A DNA stretch of 64,000 nucleotides. It comes from an uncultured Ruficoccus sp. Lineage in GTDB: Bacteria > Verrucomicrobiota > Verrucomicrobiia > Opitutales > Cerasicoccaceae. The DNA lies in the NCBI GenBank assembly GCA_965140785.1, contig OZ223514.1, positions 160,001-224,000 of the forward strand. The letters are read 5' to 3'. This document shows, piece after piece, positions 29,723 through 39,752 of the stretch; positions within the stretch are counted from its first letter, which is position 1, and the number at the start of each line of letters is the position of its first letter. Made by a program: the position numbers and the translations under genes. The notes beneath the pieces are model-generated. The model worked only from the letters and a program-made list of their open reading frames with translations, did not search any database and was not told where the DNA came from.

Positions 29723-31768
29723 ATGCCTTCTGTTTTTTTAAGGATTTTTCTTCTTATCCTCTTCATGGCCGCCGTGAGCGACGCCGCGCAGCCGGATACG
29801 GCCGATGGGCCGGTTGTCGTTATGGTCGGCGATTCCACCGTGACGGACGCGTTGTCCTCCCGCGATCAGGCCGGCTGGGGCTGGGCCTTGGCGCAAATGG
29901 CCCAGCCCGGAGTGACCGTTTACAATACCGCCAAGGGCGGGCGCAGCTCGCTCAGCTTCCGCACCGAAGGCCGGTGGGACGAGGCCATGAGTCACAATCC
30001 GGATTGGGTGCTGATCCAGTTCGGCCATAATGACCAGCCCGGCAAAGGGCCGAAACGCGAAAGCAAGCCGGAGACGGAATATCGCGATCACCTGCGCCAG
30101 TACATTGCCGAGGCCCGCGAACAGGGGGCCGAGGTTATTCTCCTGACGCCGATCGCCCGCCGGACCTTTGCCAAGGACGGGACATTGAAGGATAGCCTGG
30201 CTCCGTACGCCGAGGCCGTGCGCATCGTGGGAGAGGAGACCGGCACGCCCGTGCTCGACCTGCACGCGCGCAGCATGCAGGAGTACCTGGCAATGGGTGA
30301 GGAGGCGACCGCCCGCCTGGGCCCGCCCGACAAGGCCGTGGACCGGACGCACTTCTCCAAGGCCGGGAGCCAGCAGGTTGCCCTTTGGGTTTATGATCTT
30401 TTGAGCGAGACCACGCCGGAGCTGGCCGCCAGTTTCGACCCCTCCCTGTTTCCTGTCGTGGAGCCGATTTTCCAGATACCGACGCCGGGGCAAGGGCGGG
30501 AAGGCGTCAAGCTGATCCCCGGTCCCTTTGAGGATATCCAGGGCGCGATGGCCGAAGAGGCGGCGGTCAAGGTGGCCGAACCGCTGACGCAAGCGGCGCA
30601 ACTGGAGGCCGGGACACTCTGCTGCTGGTTTTACGTGGACCAGCCCTACCAAAGCGCACCCGGCAACGAGCAGTGGAAGGAGACCGTCGTTTCCGCGCCC
30701 AAGGTCCTCGACCTGACGGTGGGGCTTTGGCCGCAATTCTGGGGCCTGTTTATGAACTGGCGCGGGCCGTACAACTTCGGCGGCTACATGCGGATTCAGA
30801 CGCCCTCGATCTCCGGCCCCGGCTGGCATCACCTCGCGGCGGTCTGGGACACGCAGCGCGGCATCCAGAATCTCTACTTCGACGGTCGTCCCGCCGGAGC
30901 GAATATCCCGACCTACGAGCCCGGCGAGCCGGCCCCGGTTTTTAAGGAAATCGTGGCCAAGCTCCTGCCGACGATCGGGCTGTGCGACATCCGCCTCTAC
31001 GATCAGGCGCTCGACGAAGAGTCGCTTAATGGGCTTCTATCCGTCCTCTACTCGGGCCAGTCCGATCGTATCCTGGGGGTGGAATCGCTCGGGGAGATTT
31101 CCATCGAGGAGGACAACCTTACGTTGATCTACGAGAATGCCCTGACCTCGGACAAGGGCTCGGCGCAGTGGGTGATGGAAGGACCCGGCGAAGTCCAGTA
31201 CACGCCGGACGGGATGCTCATGGAGTCCAGCCGCCCGGAGAGTCGGGACGGACACTTCGTCTATTGGCTGGATAAAAAGCTGCCGGAGAATTTCGTGGCC
31301 GAGTGGAAGGTCAAGGTGCTCAGCGAGTACGGGCTGAACATCGTGTTCTTCTCCGCCACCGGACCCGGAGGGGGTTCCATCTTCGACCCGTCCGTCGCAC
31401 CGCGCGATGGCGATTTTAAGCAGTACCACAGCGGCGACATCGACTGCTACCACATCTCCTACTATGCCGACGGGGAGGAGCACCCCGGGCGCTCGACGGC
31501 CAACCTGCGCAAGAACAGCGGCTTTTACCTCGTCTCCAACGGCCCCGAGGGGATTCCGCCGGAGAGTACCGACTTTCATCAGGTCGTCCTGAAAAAGCAG
31601 GGCGGCAAGATCCAGTTGGCGGTGGACGGCAAGTTGTCCATCGACTGGCAAGACGACGGCGAGAGCTATGGCCCCGTGCTCGGGGCGGGATGGTTCGGAC
31701 TGCGCCAGATGCGCTGGACCCAGGCCCTCTATCAAGACCTTAAAATTTATGCTCTGAATGAAAATTAA
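29723..31768 (+). CDS. Rhamnogalacturonan acetylesterase (CE12-like SGNH) fused to LamG-like and DUF1961 (YesU-like) domains
   Basis: Signal peptide; GDSTV, GGRSS, QFGHND, DRTHF; WHHLAAVWD...LYFDG; WVMEG, GHFVYW, YHISYY, NLRKN, GLRQM. Confidence 0.82.
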   Translation: MPSVFLRIFLLILFMAAVSDAAQPDTADGPVVVMVGDSTVTDALSSRDQAGWGWALAQMAQPGVTVYNTAKGGRSSLSFRTEGRWDEAMSHNPDWVLIQFGHNDQPGKGPKRESKPETEYRDHLRQYIAEAREQGAEVILLTPIARRTFAKDGTLKDSLAPYAEAVRIVGEETGTPVLDLHARSMQEYLAMGEEATARLGPPDKAVDRTHFSKAGSQQVALWVYDLLSETTPELAASFDPSLFPVVEPIFQIPTPGQGREGVKLIPGPFEDIQGAMAEEAAVKVAEPLTQAAQLEAGTLCCWFYVDQPYQSAPGNEQWKETVVSAPKVLDLTVGLWPQFWGLFMNWRGPYNFGGYMRIQTPSISGPGWHHLAAVWDTQRGIQNLYFDGRPAGANIPTYEPGEPAPVFKEIVAKLLPTIGLCDIRLYDQALDEESLNGLLSVLYSGQSDRILGVESLGEISIEEDNLTLIYENALTSDKGSAQWVMEGPGEVQYTPDGMLMESSRPESRDGHFVYWLDKKLPENFVAEWKVKVLSEYGLNIVFFSATGPGGGSIFDPSVAPRDGDFKQYHSGDIDCYHISYYADGEEHPGRSTANLRKNSGFYLVSNGPEGIPPESTDFHQVVLKKQGGKIQLAVDGKLSIDWQDDGESYGPVLGAGWFGLRQMRWTQALYQDLKIYALNEN

Positions 31769-34103
31769 ACATCTCCTTACCCCCCTGTGTTTGCTTGCCT
31801 GTCTGCCTCAGGTTCTTACCGCGCTTGAGATCGAAGTTCAGCCGACCTTTCACAGTGCCAGCGTGTACCTGCGTGAGGCGGATACGCTCGACTATGCCGT
31901 GAACTATCGCGAGGCCGGGACGGAAGTCTGGCAACCCTCGCCCGAACTGGTCTGGACGGACGACATGCCAGTTCCGAGAAACTCCCTTCTAGGCCTTCGC
32001 GAAGACACCGCCTACGAGGTGGAGGTGCGGCTCGGCGAGGAGCTGGTGGCTCACACGCAATTCACCACCCTCAGTTCCGAGGTCCCGGTGGGCGAGACGA
32101 TTACCCTCACGGGCGGACCGGTCGTGATCACCCAGAGCGGCACGCCGGAGAGCTGGGTGCGGTATGTGGCCGACGCGGACATTGACGCCGGTGAGCAGGC
32201 ACCAAACGCCATCACGCTTCAGGGGGTGGAGTATGTCATTCTGGACGGGCTTGGCATCAAGGGCGGTCAGATCAACGCCATCAGTATCACGGACTCACGC
32301 CATGTGCGGGTGCGCAACTGCGACATCTCCGGCTGGGGCCGGGTGGGGGAGCGTCGCTATGACCGGCGGGGAGTTTTTTACGATGCGAACGGAAAAGTCA
32401 TCAACCGCGACTCCGGCGTGGATATTGAGAGGAGCCACTCCGTGGTCGTGGAATACTGCTATATCCACGATCCACGGGGCACGGCCAACTCCTGGGCCTT
32501 CTCCCATCCCGCCGGTCCCAACGCGATCTACGTTGTCGAAAACGAAAACACGGTCATCCGTTATAACGACTTTATCGGTTCGGATGCTCACCGCTGGAAC
32601 GACGTGATCGAGTCCTCCCGAAACGGCAGCCCCGACGGGGGCTTTCGCAAGGATGCCGACATCTATGGCAATACCATGGTCTACGGCAACGACGACGCCA
32701 TGGAGCTCGATGGGGGGCAGATGAACATGCGCGTCTGGGGAAACCTGATCGACGGCACCTTTGCCGGAATCAGTACGGCGCCTTCTTTTCATGGACCCAG
32801 CTATATTTATAACAACCTGATTCTCGAGTCGGGAGATCGCTGGGGGCTGTATGGGAATGTATTGAAAAACATATACAAGAGCATCTCTTTCGGCAGCGTT
32901 TACTTCGTCAACAATACCGCCCTGCACACCGGCACGGTTAGTGGATTCCAGCAAGGCCGCCCGGACACCGCGCACTATGTCGTGCAGAACAATGTTCTGG
33001 ATATAGACGATGCCATCGTCGCTGTCAGAGCGGTCAACGGAGATCTGGTCCTCAATCACAACCTGTACTGGTGCTGGGATGCGCAGTACCGCGAGGGATA
33101 TGCGAGCTGGCTGCGCGCACAGGGGGTCGAGTCGGCAGGCGTAATGGGCGATCCGATTTTTGTTGATGCGGCCAGGGGAAATTTCGTGTTGGCGCAGAGT
33201 TCGCCCGGCTACGCGATTGCCGCGGCGGTGCCCGGCTTTCCGGATTACGGCACACGCCCGGGCATTTCCGGGCCGATGCCGCTCCGCGACGCCGGTATCC
33301 ATCTGTCCCGTCGGCTGGTGACGCTGGACGGCGAGGCGCCGCATACTCTTACCGTTACTCTGGACGGTGCAGACGCGCAGGCATTCCGGGTTTTGAAAAA
33401 CGACGCCTTCGGCTGGTTCGAGGTGACGGCAAGTGCCGACCAGCTCACGCCGGAGGAACCCGTCACGCTGAGTGTTCGGCGGGTCGGTCCCGCTCCGCTT
33501 CTGGTCCAGCGTGGCGCCTTTATCGTCAAGCTGGCCGATGGCCGCTCCTTGCCCGTGATCGTGAGAACGACCGGCGAGGAGCCGGACCGGATCATTTACG
33601 CGGACGATCCCGGCGTCGTCGCTCTGATCGAGGCAGAGGAGATGACCGGGGCCGAGGCTTTCCCTCTGGTCGAAAGCGAGGAGGCCTCGTGGGGCCAGGC
33701 TCTTCTCTTCGGAAACCCCGCCGCGACCGCGGACGATCCCGGTCAGGTGATCGAAGCCACCTTTGAATGTCCCGCCGACGGGACCTACTACCTGGCGGTG
33801 CGTTTCTTTGCCGAGGCGCCATCGGGGAGCCATAACTCGGTCTTCCTCGGCCTCAATGACGACCCGTTGGTGGAGACTCAATTCCGGTGTGTGCCGGGCT
33901 GGAACTGGGCCGGTGTTTCCCGCGTGCAGGAGTTGCGGAACAAGCCCTGGTTTGAGCCTATCCAACTGAAGGCCGGGGAAGTGACGCTACGGCTCGCGGC
34001 CCGGGAGAAGCTGCTGCTGGATGCCATCGTGCTGGCGCACTCACCCGAAGCGGTCTATTCGGCTGAAGCCCTCAGCCCCGAGGCTGACCCTGGGGAGTCT
34101 TGA
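31758..34103 (+). CDS. Secreted right-handed parallel beta-helix protein (polysaccharide lyase-like) with C-terminal accessory domains
   Basis: Signal peptide; repeated VRNCDIS/VEYCYIHD/IRYND/IYGN/VWGN/IYNN turns; DDAMELDG; C-terminal IEAE CBM-like module. Confidence 0.78.
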   Translation: MKIKHLLTPLCLLACLPQVLTALEIEVQPTFHSASVYLREADTLDYAVNYREAGTEVWQPSPELVWTDDMPVPRNSLLGLREDTAYEVEVRLGEELVAHTQFTTLSSEVPVGETITLTGGPVVITQSGTPESWVRYVADADIDAGEQAPNAITLQGVEYVILDGLGIKGGQINAISITDSRHVRVRNCDISGWGRVGERRYDRRGVFYDANGKVINRDSGVDIERSHSVVVEYCYIHDPRGTANSWAFSHPAGPNAIYVVENENTVIRYNDFIGSDAHRWNDVIESSRNGSPDGGFRKDADIYGNTMVYGNDDAMELDGGQMNMRVWGNLIDGTFAGISTAPSFHGPSYIYNNLILESGDRWGLYGNVLKNIYKSISFGSVYFVNNTALHTGTVSGFQQGRPDTAHYVVQNNVLDIDDAIVAVRAVNGDLVLNHNLYWCWDAQYREGYASWLRAQGVESAGVMGDPIFVDAARGNFVLAQSSPGYAIAAAVPGFPDYGTRPGISGPMPLRDAGIHLSRRLVTLDGEAPHTLTVTLDGADAQAFRVLKNDAFGWFEVTASADQLTPEEPVTLSVRRVGPAPLLVQRGAFIVKLADGRSLPVIVRTTGEEPDRIIYADDPGVVALIEAEEMTGAEAFPLVESEEASWGQALLFGNPAATADDPGQVIEATFECPADGTYYLAVRFFAEAPSGSHNSVFLGLNDDPLVETQFRCVPGWNWAGVSRVQELRNKPWFEPIQLKAGEVTLRLAAREKLLLDAIVLAHSPEAVYSAEALSPEADPGES

Positions 34104-34162
34104 TCCTGCTGGTATCTTGGTTTCCTCAGCGCAGTGCGTCGCGAGCCGATAGCGATCGATAC

Positions 34163-34176
34163 CGGTACGGGTAACG
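34163..34176. promoter_or_regulatory. Pectin-locus palindromic motif, copy 3
   Basis: CGGTACGGGTAACG upstream of the PL10-like gene. Confidence 0.7.
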
Positions 34177-34238
34177 ACCTTGCGGCATGGTCAGGGTATC
34201 AGCTTTCGACGAGAGTAGGTGGAATCTTACGCTTACCC

Positions 34239-36392
34239 ATGTTTAAACCTTATCTCTTCTTCATCACGGGACTCGTCGTCATTGCTTCCCTGACGGGTTC
34301 CTCTTACGCAGACTCCACCCCGGCTTGGCCTGATCCGGATTTTCACGCCAGCTACGATACCGACACCTCGGCGGAAGCATCTCATGGCCTGCCCGATCCG
34401 GGCGGCTTCGGTACGAAAATCGTGCCCGACGGCGCTCAGGGCGGAGCCCTGCGCATCGAAAAACCCGGCGGTCATCTGCATTACCGGGCTCAGGGCAATG
34501 TCAGCCTCGAAGCGGGTGCGGTCAGCTTTTATACCCGTGGCAAGGCTATCGCCGGGCTCGACGGAGCGGCTTGGCTCTGGGCGGTTCGCACCCAGCACTA
34601 CGATTTCGGGCTCGTGGTCAAGGACGGCAAGCTCATCCTGCGCCGCGGGGAGTTCAGCCGCCGTGAGCAGCCCACGCTCGCCGAACTTTCACTGCCGCTC
34701 GCCGGTGACGATCCTGAGCAATGGCACAAGATCACGGCCTCGTGGGACTCTTTCCGCCAGCAAGCCTGGCTGGAGCTCGACGGCGAATTCATCGAGGGCT
34801 CCTTCGCGCTGCCGGAAAATTTCGAGCCGCTGCTGGCCATGTACATCGGGGGCGGGGTCGAGGGGCGGCTCTACGAGGGTGGCATGCTCAACGCCGGCAA
34901 CGAGTTCGACGACCTTCAGGTCTGGATGCAGAGCAAGGCACTGCTGGACCAGTACCAGCCGCTCAGTGATCCCGAGTCCGAGGAATTGCTCAAGCCCATG
35001 ATTGCGGGTATTTACCAGCGTCTCTACACCATCGAGGATCTGCAGTATAACGGAGGTTGGCAGGTAGCCTATACCTGGCCGACGATGCTCGGCGCTTACG
35101 CGCAGGGACGCGGCTATATTGACGACCAGAACATCATCAGCCTGGATAAGAGCAACGGCACGCCGATCATCGCTGCACGTTACGTGTATGCCTACGATAT
35201 CCTCGGCGACGAGTCCCTGCTCGAGGTGGCCAAGACGACGGGGGATTTCCTGGTCATGGCCCAATCGGAGGAGGGTTACTGGCTGAGCAACTACGAGTTC
35301 GGGACCGGGGAGCTGGTGCCGATTGACTCACCCAGCGGCCATGCCGAGCCGAAGTTTCAGGATGGCGTACAGAGCCAGTCGATCGCGCTCCTGCTGGCGC
35401 TCTATAAGGTGACGGGTAAAACCGAATACCTCGACAGCGCCGAGAAAGCGGGCGAGTTCTACCTGCGCGCCCAGAATCCCGACGGAAGCTGGTCCTACAA
35501 GTTCGACCCCAAGGAGGGCATCGGCAAAACCTTTCTCGGCAAGCCGCAGGGCGGAGAGATCAACGACTACGCCATGAACGATGCGCTCAACATCATGGTA
35601 TTGCTCTACCACTACACGCACGACATGCGCTACCTTGAGGCCGCCAAGCGTGGAGCCGACTGGTTCGTGGCGGCGAATCTCTCGGGGAAGGTGCACGGCT
35701 GGGCGCAACAGTACAGTAATGAACTGAAGCCCGCCCCTGCCCGGCATCACGAGCCCGCCGCGTACTCCAGCGAGGACACCCTGATCGCCTCCCAGGCGCT
35801 GGTGGAGGTTTACCGCATCTCAGGCGACGAGCGTTATCTGGTGCCGGTCCGCGAAGCGGCCGCCTGGCTGGAGGAGCGCTTCCCGGAGGGAAAAATGTAC
35901 AAGTACTACGACCCGGAAACGGGCCGTCCGGTAGCCAGCTGGGACTGGAAAGTCTATTACCTGGACGATCCGGAGCAGTTTAAGATTGCCGACAGCTTTC
36001 CGCAGAATCCCTTCGTGATCAGCCAGCGCCCGACGCCGGATATCCAGGGCTTGCTCGACAGCCTTGAGGAGTCTGAGGCCGAAGACGACGGGCTGACGCG
36101 ATCCGAGTTGGGCCTGGCCCGCCGGGCGTTGAACACCCAGAACGAGCTCGGTCTGTGGATTAAGGAGAATGTCGGCGGCGGGCGCCACACGCTGGGCAGC
36201 GGTTTTACGCCCAGTAGCGTGCGGGCCATTCACATGCTCAATTTTCTGGAAGCCTGCTATAAGGAGATGCACCTGGCCGAGCCGCGTTTGCTGCACCATG
36301 GCGATTTGATGCGTATGGCTGCTCCCGCGGACTGGTATGATATCCCCTGGCCCGGCAGTGAAACGAAGATGTCCGCCCATGTGACGCGATGA
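34239..36392 (+). CDS. PL10-like (alpha/alpha) pectate lyase with N-terminal LamG-like domain
   Basis: Signal peptide; AQNPDGSW; INDYAMND; GWAQQY...PAPARHHEP; N-terminal WHKITASWD. Confidence 0.75.
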   Translation: MFKPYLFFITGLVVIASLTGSSYADSTPAWPDPDFHASYDTDTSAEASHGLPDPGGFGTKIVPDGAQGGALRIEKPGGHLHYRAQGNVSLEAGAVSFYTRGKAIAGLDGAAWLWAVRTQHYDFGLVVKDGKLILRRGEFSRREQPTLAELSLPLAGDDPEQWHKITASWDSFRQQAWLELDGEFIEGSFALPENFEPLLAMYIGGGVEGRLYEGGMLNAGNEFDDLQVWMQSKALLDQYQPLSDPESEELLKPMIAGIYQRLYTIEDLQYNGGWQVAYTWPTMLGAYAQGRGYIDDQNIISLDKSNGTPIIAARYVYAYDILGDESLLEVAKTTGDFLVMAQSEEGYWLSNYEFGTGELVPIDSPSGHAEPKFQDGVQSQSIALLLALYKVTGKTEYLDSAEKAGEFYLRAQNPDGSWSYKFDPKEGIGKTFLGKPQGGEINDYAMNDALNIMVLLYHYTHDMRYLEAAKRGADWFVAANLSGKVHGWAQQYSNELKPAPARHHEPAAYSSEDTLIASQALVEVYRISGDERYLVPVREAAAWLEERFPEGKMYKYYDPETGRPVASWDWKVYYLDDPEQFKIADSFPQNPFVISQRPTPDIQGLLDSLEESEAEDDGLTRSELGLARRALNTQNELGLWIKENVGGGRHTLGSGFTPSSVRAIHMLNFLEACYKEMHLAEPRLLHHGDLMRMAAPADWYDIPWPGSETKMSAHVTR

Positions 36393-36433
36393 TACTCGAA
36401 TACACCGACTTGAGAGCGAGCAGCCAGGCGGAC

Positions 36434-36447
36434 CGATACGCGTAACG
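36434..36447. promoter_or_regulatory. Pectin-locus palindromic motif, copy 4
   Basis: CGATACGCGTAACG upstream of the PEP-CTERM gene. Confidence 0.7.
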
Positions 36448-36534
36448 GATACTCAAATTTGAACGCCGCCTGACGCTATGTAAGCTAATATTGATCTTAA
36501 GCTAGAATACCAACCCCCAACTCCAATCAACCCT

Positions 36535-37338
36535 ATGTATAAAAAAGCACTCATCCCCCTTCTGGTTCTCCTCAGCCCCGCGGCCTTTGCCCAAACTCTC
36601 ATGAATGTCGATTTCGAGAGTGATACGCCGGGCTCCCTGCCTGCGGAGAGCTCGTCAGCGACGAGATATACCACCGATGGCAATATCGTTCAGGTGCAAG
36701 ATACCAGCTACACGCCTGCGAATCCTTTTGGCGGAAATGCGCTCTATCTGTATGCGCCGGCTACCTCCAGCAAAGCACCCGGTATCTGGTTCCAAACCGA
36801 CGACACCACTCTTGTCAGTCAGGGGTCGTTCAGCTTCGACGTGCAGGTGAACTCCACCTTTCTGGACCTGCGCCTGGGCTCGAACGTGGGTTCATCCTCG
36901 GAAGGCCGTATCAACGGCCAGGGCGCCATCCGGCTCTTGATCGGGCAGGGCAATGGTGACAGCAATTTCAGTGTTTACCAGAATGGTGACGATGGTATTG
37001 TGACGGACCAGGGTTTCACTTACGGTGAGCAGCTCAGCATTACCGTGAATTGGAACTTCAGCGGTGAGAACGCGGGGTACTCCGTTAGTGTTAACGGGAC
37101 GCCGTTAACGGTCGCAGGTAGTCAAACCGTGTTTGATTTCTACGAACCGGATGGTTTGGTGGGCATCAATACAACGTTCTTTCGACTGGGCACGGGGACG
37201 AATACTGACTCAACCTACCAAATCTGGGCCGACAATCTGGTGCTGACCTCGGTGCCGGAATCCAGCAGCACGGGGCTGATTCTCGGCGTGGTCAGCCTGC
37301 TGACTCTGCTGGCTTACCGCCGCCGCTCCCTTAAGTAG
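36535..37338 (+). CDS. PEP-CTERM-type sorting domain protein
   Basis: Signal peptide ending AFA; C-terminus VPESS + transmembrane segment + YRRRSLK. Confidence 0.9.
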   Translation: MYKKALIPLLVLLSPAAFAQTLMNVDFESDTPGSLPAESSSATRYTTDGNIVQVQDTSYTPANPFGGNALYLYAPATSSKAPGIWFQTDDTTLVSQGSFSFDVQVNSTFLDLRLGSNVGSSSEGRINGQGAIRLLIGQGNGDSNFSVYQNGDDGIVTDQGFTYGEQLSITVNWNFSGENAGYSVSVNGTPLTVAGSQTVFDFYEPDGLVGINTTFFRLGTGTNTDSTYQIWADNLVLTSVPESSSTGLILGVVSLLTLLAYRRRSLK

Positions 37339-37598
37339 TCATCGATTTAATTATCCCCCAGCACAGGCGTCAGCCGAATTGGGAGTTAGTTCTAGCTCAG
37401 CCCGGTGTGGGTGCTGACAGGCTTCGTTCTGTCTGCACCCATGCTTGGTGTTGAGCCTTTGGTTTTTGTCGCTGGAAAGGCCCCGCTCCATCCGGACGTC
37501 TGGCCGGCACCCGCACAGACCGAGTCTGCCGTCTGGAAGCCCGGCCTGGGGGCGGGGATGGGACTGTTTATTTGTCCAGATTGCTGAGGAGGCTAAGC

Positions 37599-37706
37599 GA
37601 GAACATTGCCATGACCCACCTGGTCAAGGGAGTGACCGAAGACAAGATGGGCTACGATGTCGAGCTGACGCAGGCTGACCCAGGCACGATTTACCCCGCG
37701 CTGGCT
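37599..37706 (+). pseudogene. Fragment of a glycine betaine ABC transporter substrate-binding protein (OpuAC/ProX-like)
   Basis: ENIAMTHLVKGVTEDKMGYDVELTQADPGTIYPALA resembles the OpuAC N-terminal region; no signal peptide, and similarity ends at the 3' end of the AraC gene. Confidence 0.6.
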
Positions 37707-37714
37707 GCACATAC

Positions 37715-39430
37715 TTATCCTCGCCTGGATACTTTTGCTGCGGGCTGGTGCTGGCGCAGATAGTTCAACCGGTATTGCAGCGGGGTCTGCGAAAACTCGC
37801 GCTTAAAGGCCTCGATGAAGCTGCTGTCGTGGGCATAGAGGGTCTTCCGGGCGATGACGGAAATACTCAGGTTGGTCTCTCGCAGCTCTTGGGCGGCCTG
37901 AAGTAGCTTATGCCTGCGAATGATACTGGCGGGCTGGGGGGTATCGAGCCATTGGCTGCTCAGCTTCTGGCTCAGATGAGAACGGGAATAGCCAACCTGC
38001 TTGGCATAGTCGGTGACGGATTTTATTTTACGGAAAAATGAGCGCGAACGGAAGGCGGACAGCTCGGGTGTAGGTACGGGAGTGAAATTACCCGACTTGA
38101 GGAGGTTTTCCCATTGGATACACCACTCGAAGGCGGCGGCTGAGCCTTCCGGGGAGACGGTGCCCCGGTGCGTCAGCCAGTGCTTGGTCCAGCGAATGGC
38201 ATGCCGGACCGGGGGACTATCCAGGGGAACGGACAGGACCGCGCCATGGCTGAGGACGGATTCCTCCAACTGGCGAATCCCGTACAGGCCGCGTACCTTG
38301 ATCCAGACTCTTTTCCAAGTGTTCTGGTTGGGGCTGATCCATTGCGCATTGATCGGCTGGGGAAAGATGATAACCATCCCGGCCTTGATCGGAACCTGGC
38401 TGTTGCCGACCTGAAAGATCGCTTCGCCCTCAAGGCAGCAATTCCACTGGATCGCTTCGGAGAGCGTGTTGAGGGCGAGCTTATAGGGCTTTTCATAGGG
38501 ATAGGACGCGATGCCCCCGTCGAAATGAAAATACGGGCAGTGAGGGACGACAGCGGCGACGATTTCCGCCTGGGTGGGAGAAGTGGTTTCCTGCGCCTGA
38601 ACCGGTGCGGGGAGCCGAGGCGGCGGGACCGCCTTGGAGCGCTTGTTGCTTGGGATTTTCCGGGACTTGCCGGGCTGAACTCCAAAGCGCTTCTTGTAGG
38701 CCGCATTAAAGGCTGGCGCGGAGGAGTAACCGCACTGATGGGCAATTTCCCGAACCGGCAAATCCGTCTCCTTAATCAGTCGGGAGGCATGATACCAGCG
38801 GCATTCTTGCAGCAATGTCCGGGCTGATGCGCCATGAGCAGCTCGGAGGTTTTCTGCTAAAAGAGAGGGGCTGCATCCGAAGCGATTGGCCAGAGCCTTC
38901 AACTGAAATTTTTGACTCAAGGCAGTTTCAAGAAAATCCTGACCGCCGCTTTTGATGAAATCTCCCAGGCTGGACTGCTTTTCTTGAACAGCCTCATGAT
39001 TTAACGAAAACCACCGGAAGCTGTCTTTCGCATTAATGTCCTTACTCTTGGAGAGAGCGGCCTTCAGCCTTCGCAGATGCAGGAGCAGGCGCGGGTGTCT
39101 GTCCAGGTGGATACCATTTTCATGTTTGGAGGCGAAGAAGGTAACAAAATCGTGAGCGATACCTCCCTCGAACCGAAGTTCGACGATCTCACTCGCTTTG
39201 ACCACAGCCGGTTGGATAGTGAGTTTCGGGGCGGCTGGCAGGTGCAGAATCGTGTCTTTGTCTATCACGAAAGTGCGCCCCGGTCGATGGACTTTGAAGA
39301 TGCCCTTCAGGGCTACCAGACAGAGGGAGGTCCCCTCTTCCACGGGAGCGATGCTGATGTTCGTGCTGTGATCCTTCGAGCAGCGGTAGCGGTTCAAGGC
39401 GATGCAAAGACATTTGTCGGGAAGATTCAT
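37715..39430 (-). CDS. Tandem double-AraC transcriptional regulator
   Basis: Two AraC HTH regions: VREIAHQCGYSSAPAFNAAYKKRFGVQP and ISVIARKTLYAHDSSFIEAFKREFSQTPLQYR, each preceded by a cupin-like segment. Confidence 0.85.
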   Translation of the reverse strand: MNLPDKCLCIALNRYRCSKDHSTNISIAPVEEGTSLCLVALKGIFKVHRPGRTFVIDKDTILHLPAAPKLTIQPAVVKASEIVELRFEGGIAHDFVTFFASKHENGIHLDRHPRLLLHLRRLKAALSKSKDINAKDSFRWFSLNHEAVQEKQSSLGDFIKSGGQDFLETALSQKFQLKALANRFGCSPSLLAENLRAAHGASARTLLQECRWYHASRLIKETDLPVREIAHQCGYSSAPAFNAAYKKRFGVQPGKSRKIPSNKRSKAVPPPRLPAPVQAQETTSPTQAEIVAAVVPHCPYFHFDGGIASYPYEKPYKLALNTLSEAIQWNCCLEGEAIFQVGNSQVPIKAGMVIIFPQPINAQWISPNQNTWKRVWIKVRGLYGIRQLEESVLSHGAVLSVPLDSPPVRHAIRWTKHWLTHRGTVSPEGSAAAFEWCIQWENLLKSGNFTPVPTPELSAFRSRSFFRKIKSVTDYAKQVGYSRSHLSQKLSSQWLDTPQPASIIRRHKLLQAAQELRETNLSISVIARKTLYAHDSSFIEAFKREFSQTPLQYRLNYLRQHQPAAKVSRRG

Positions 39431-39752
39431 GAGGATCGTGCCAATGGGATTCTATCACTTGCGCGCTGTACTGGACGGCTTCGTGGCGCAGTTGGGTTAA
39501 GACCCCGCCGCGAAATAAAAACCGGGTCACATAAGCTTTTTGAGATTAATAAATGGACTTTTCCCGGGTAGGGGATGTCAAACATATTCCTTATTTATAA
39601 AGATATTCGATATTGCCATGATCGGGAGTTGCGGCTATGATCATACCGTCTTGGAAAAAGCCCAGCGGCCCATCTCAAAACCTTTTTTTCAGAGCAATTT
39701 TATCGACGCTTCTGGCATTTATTCACCACTCAAACCACTCCAAATACCCTCA

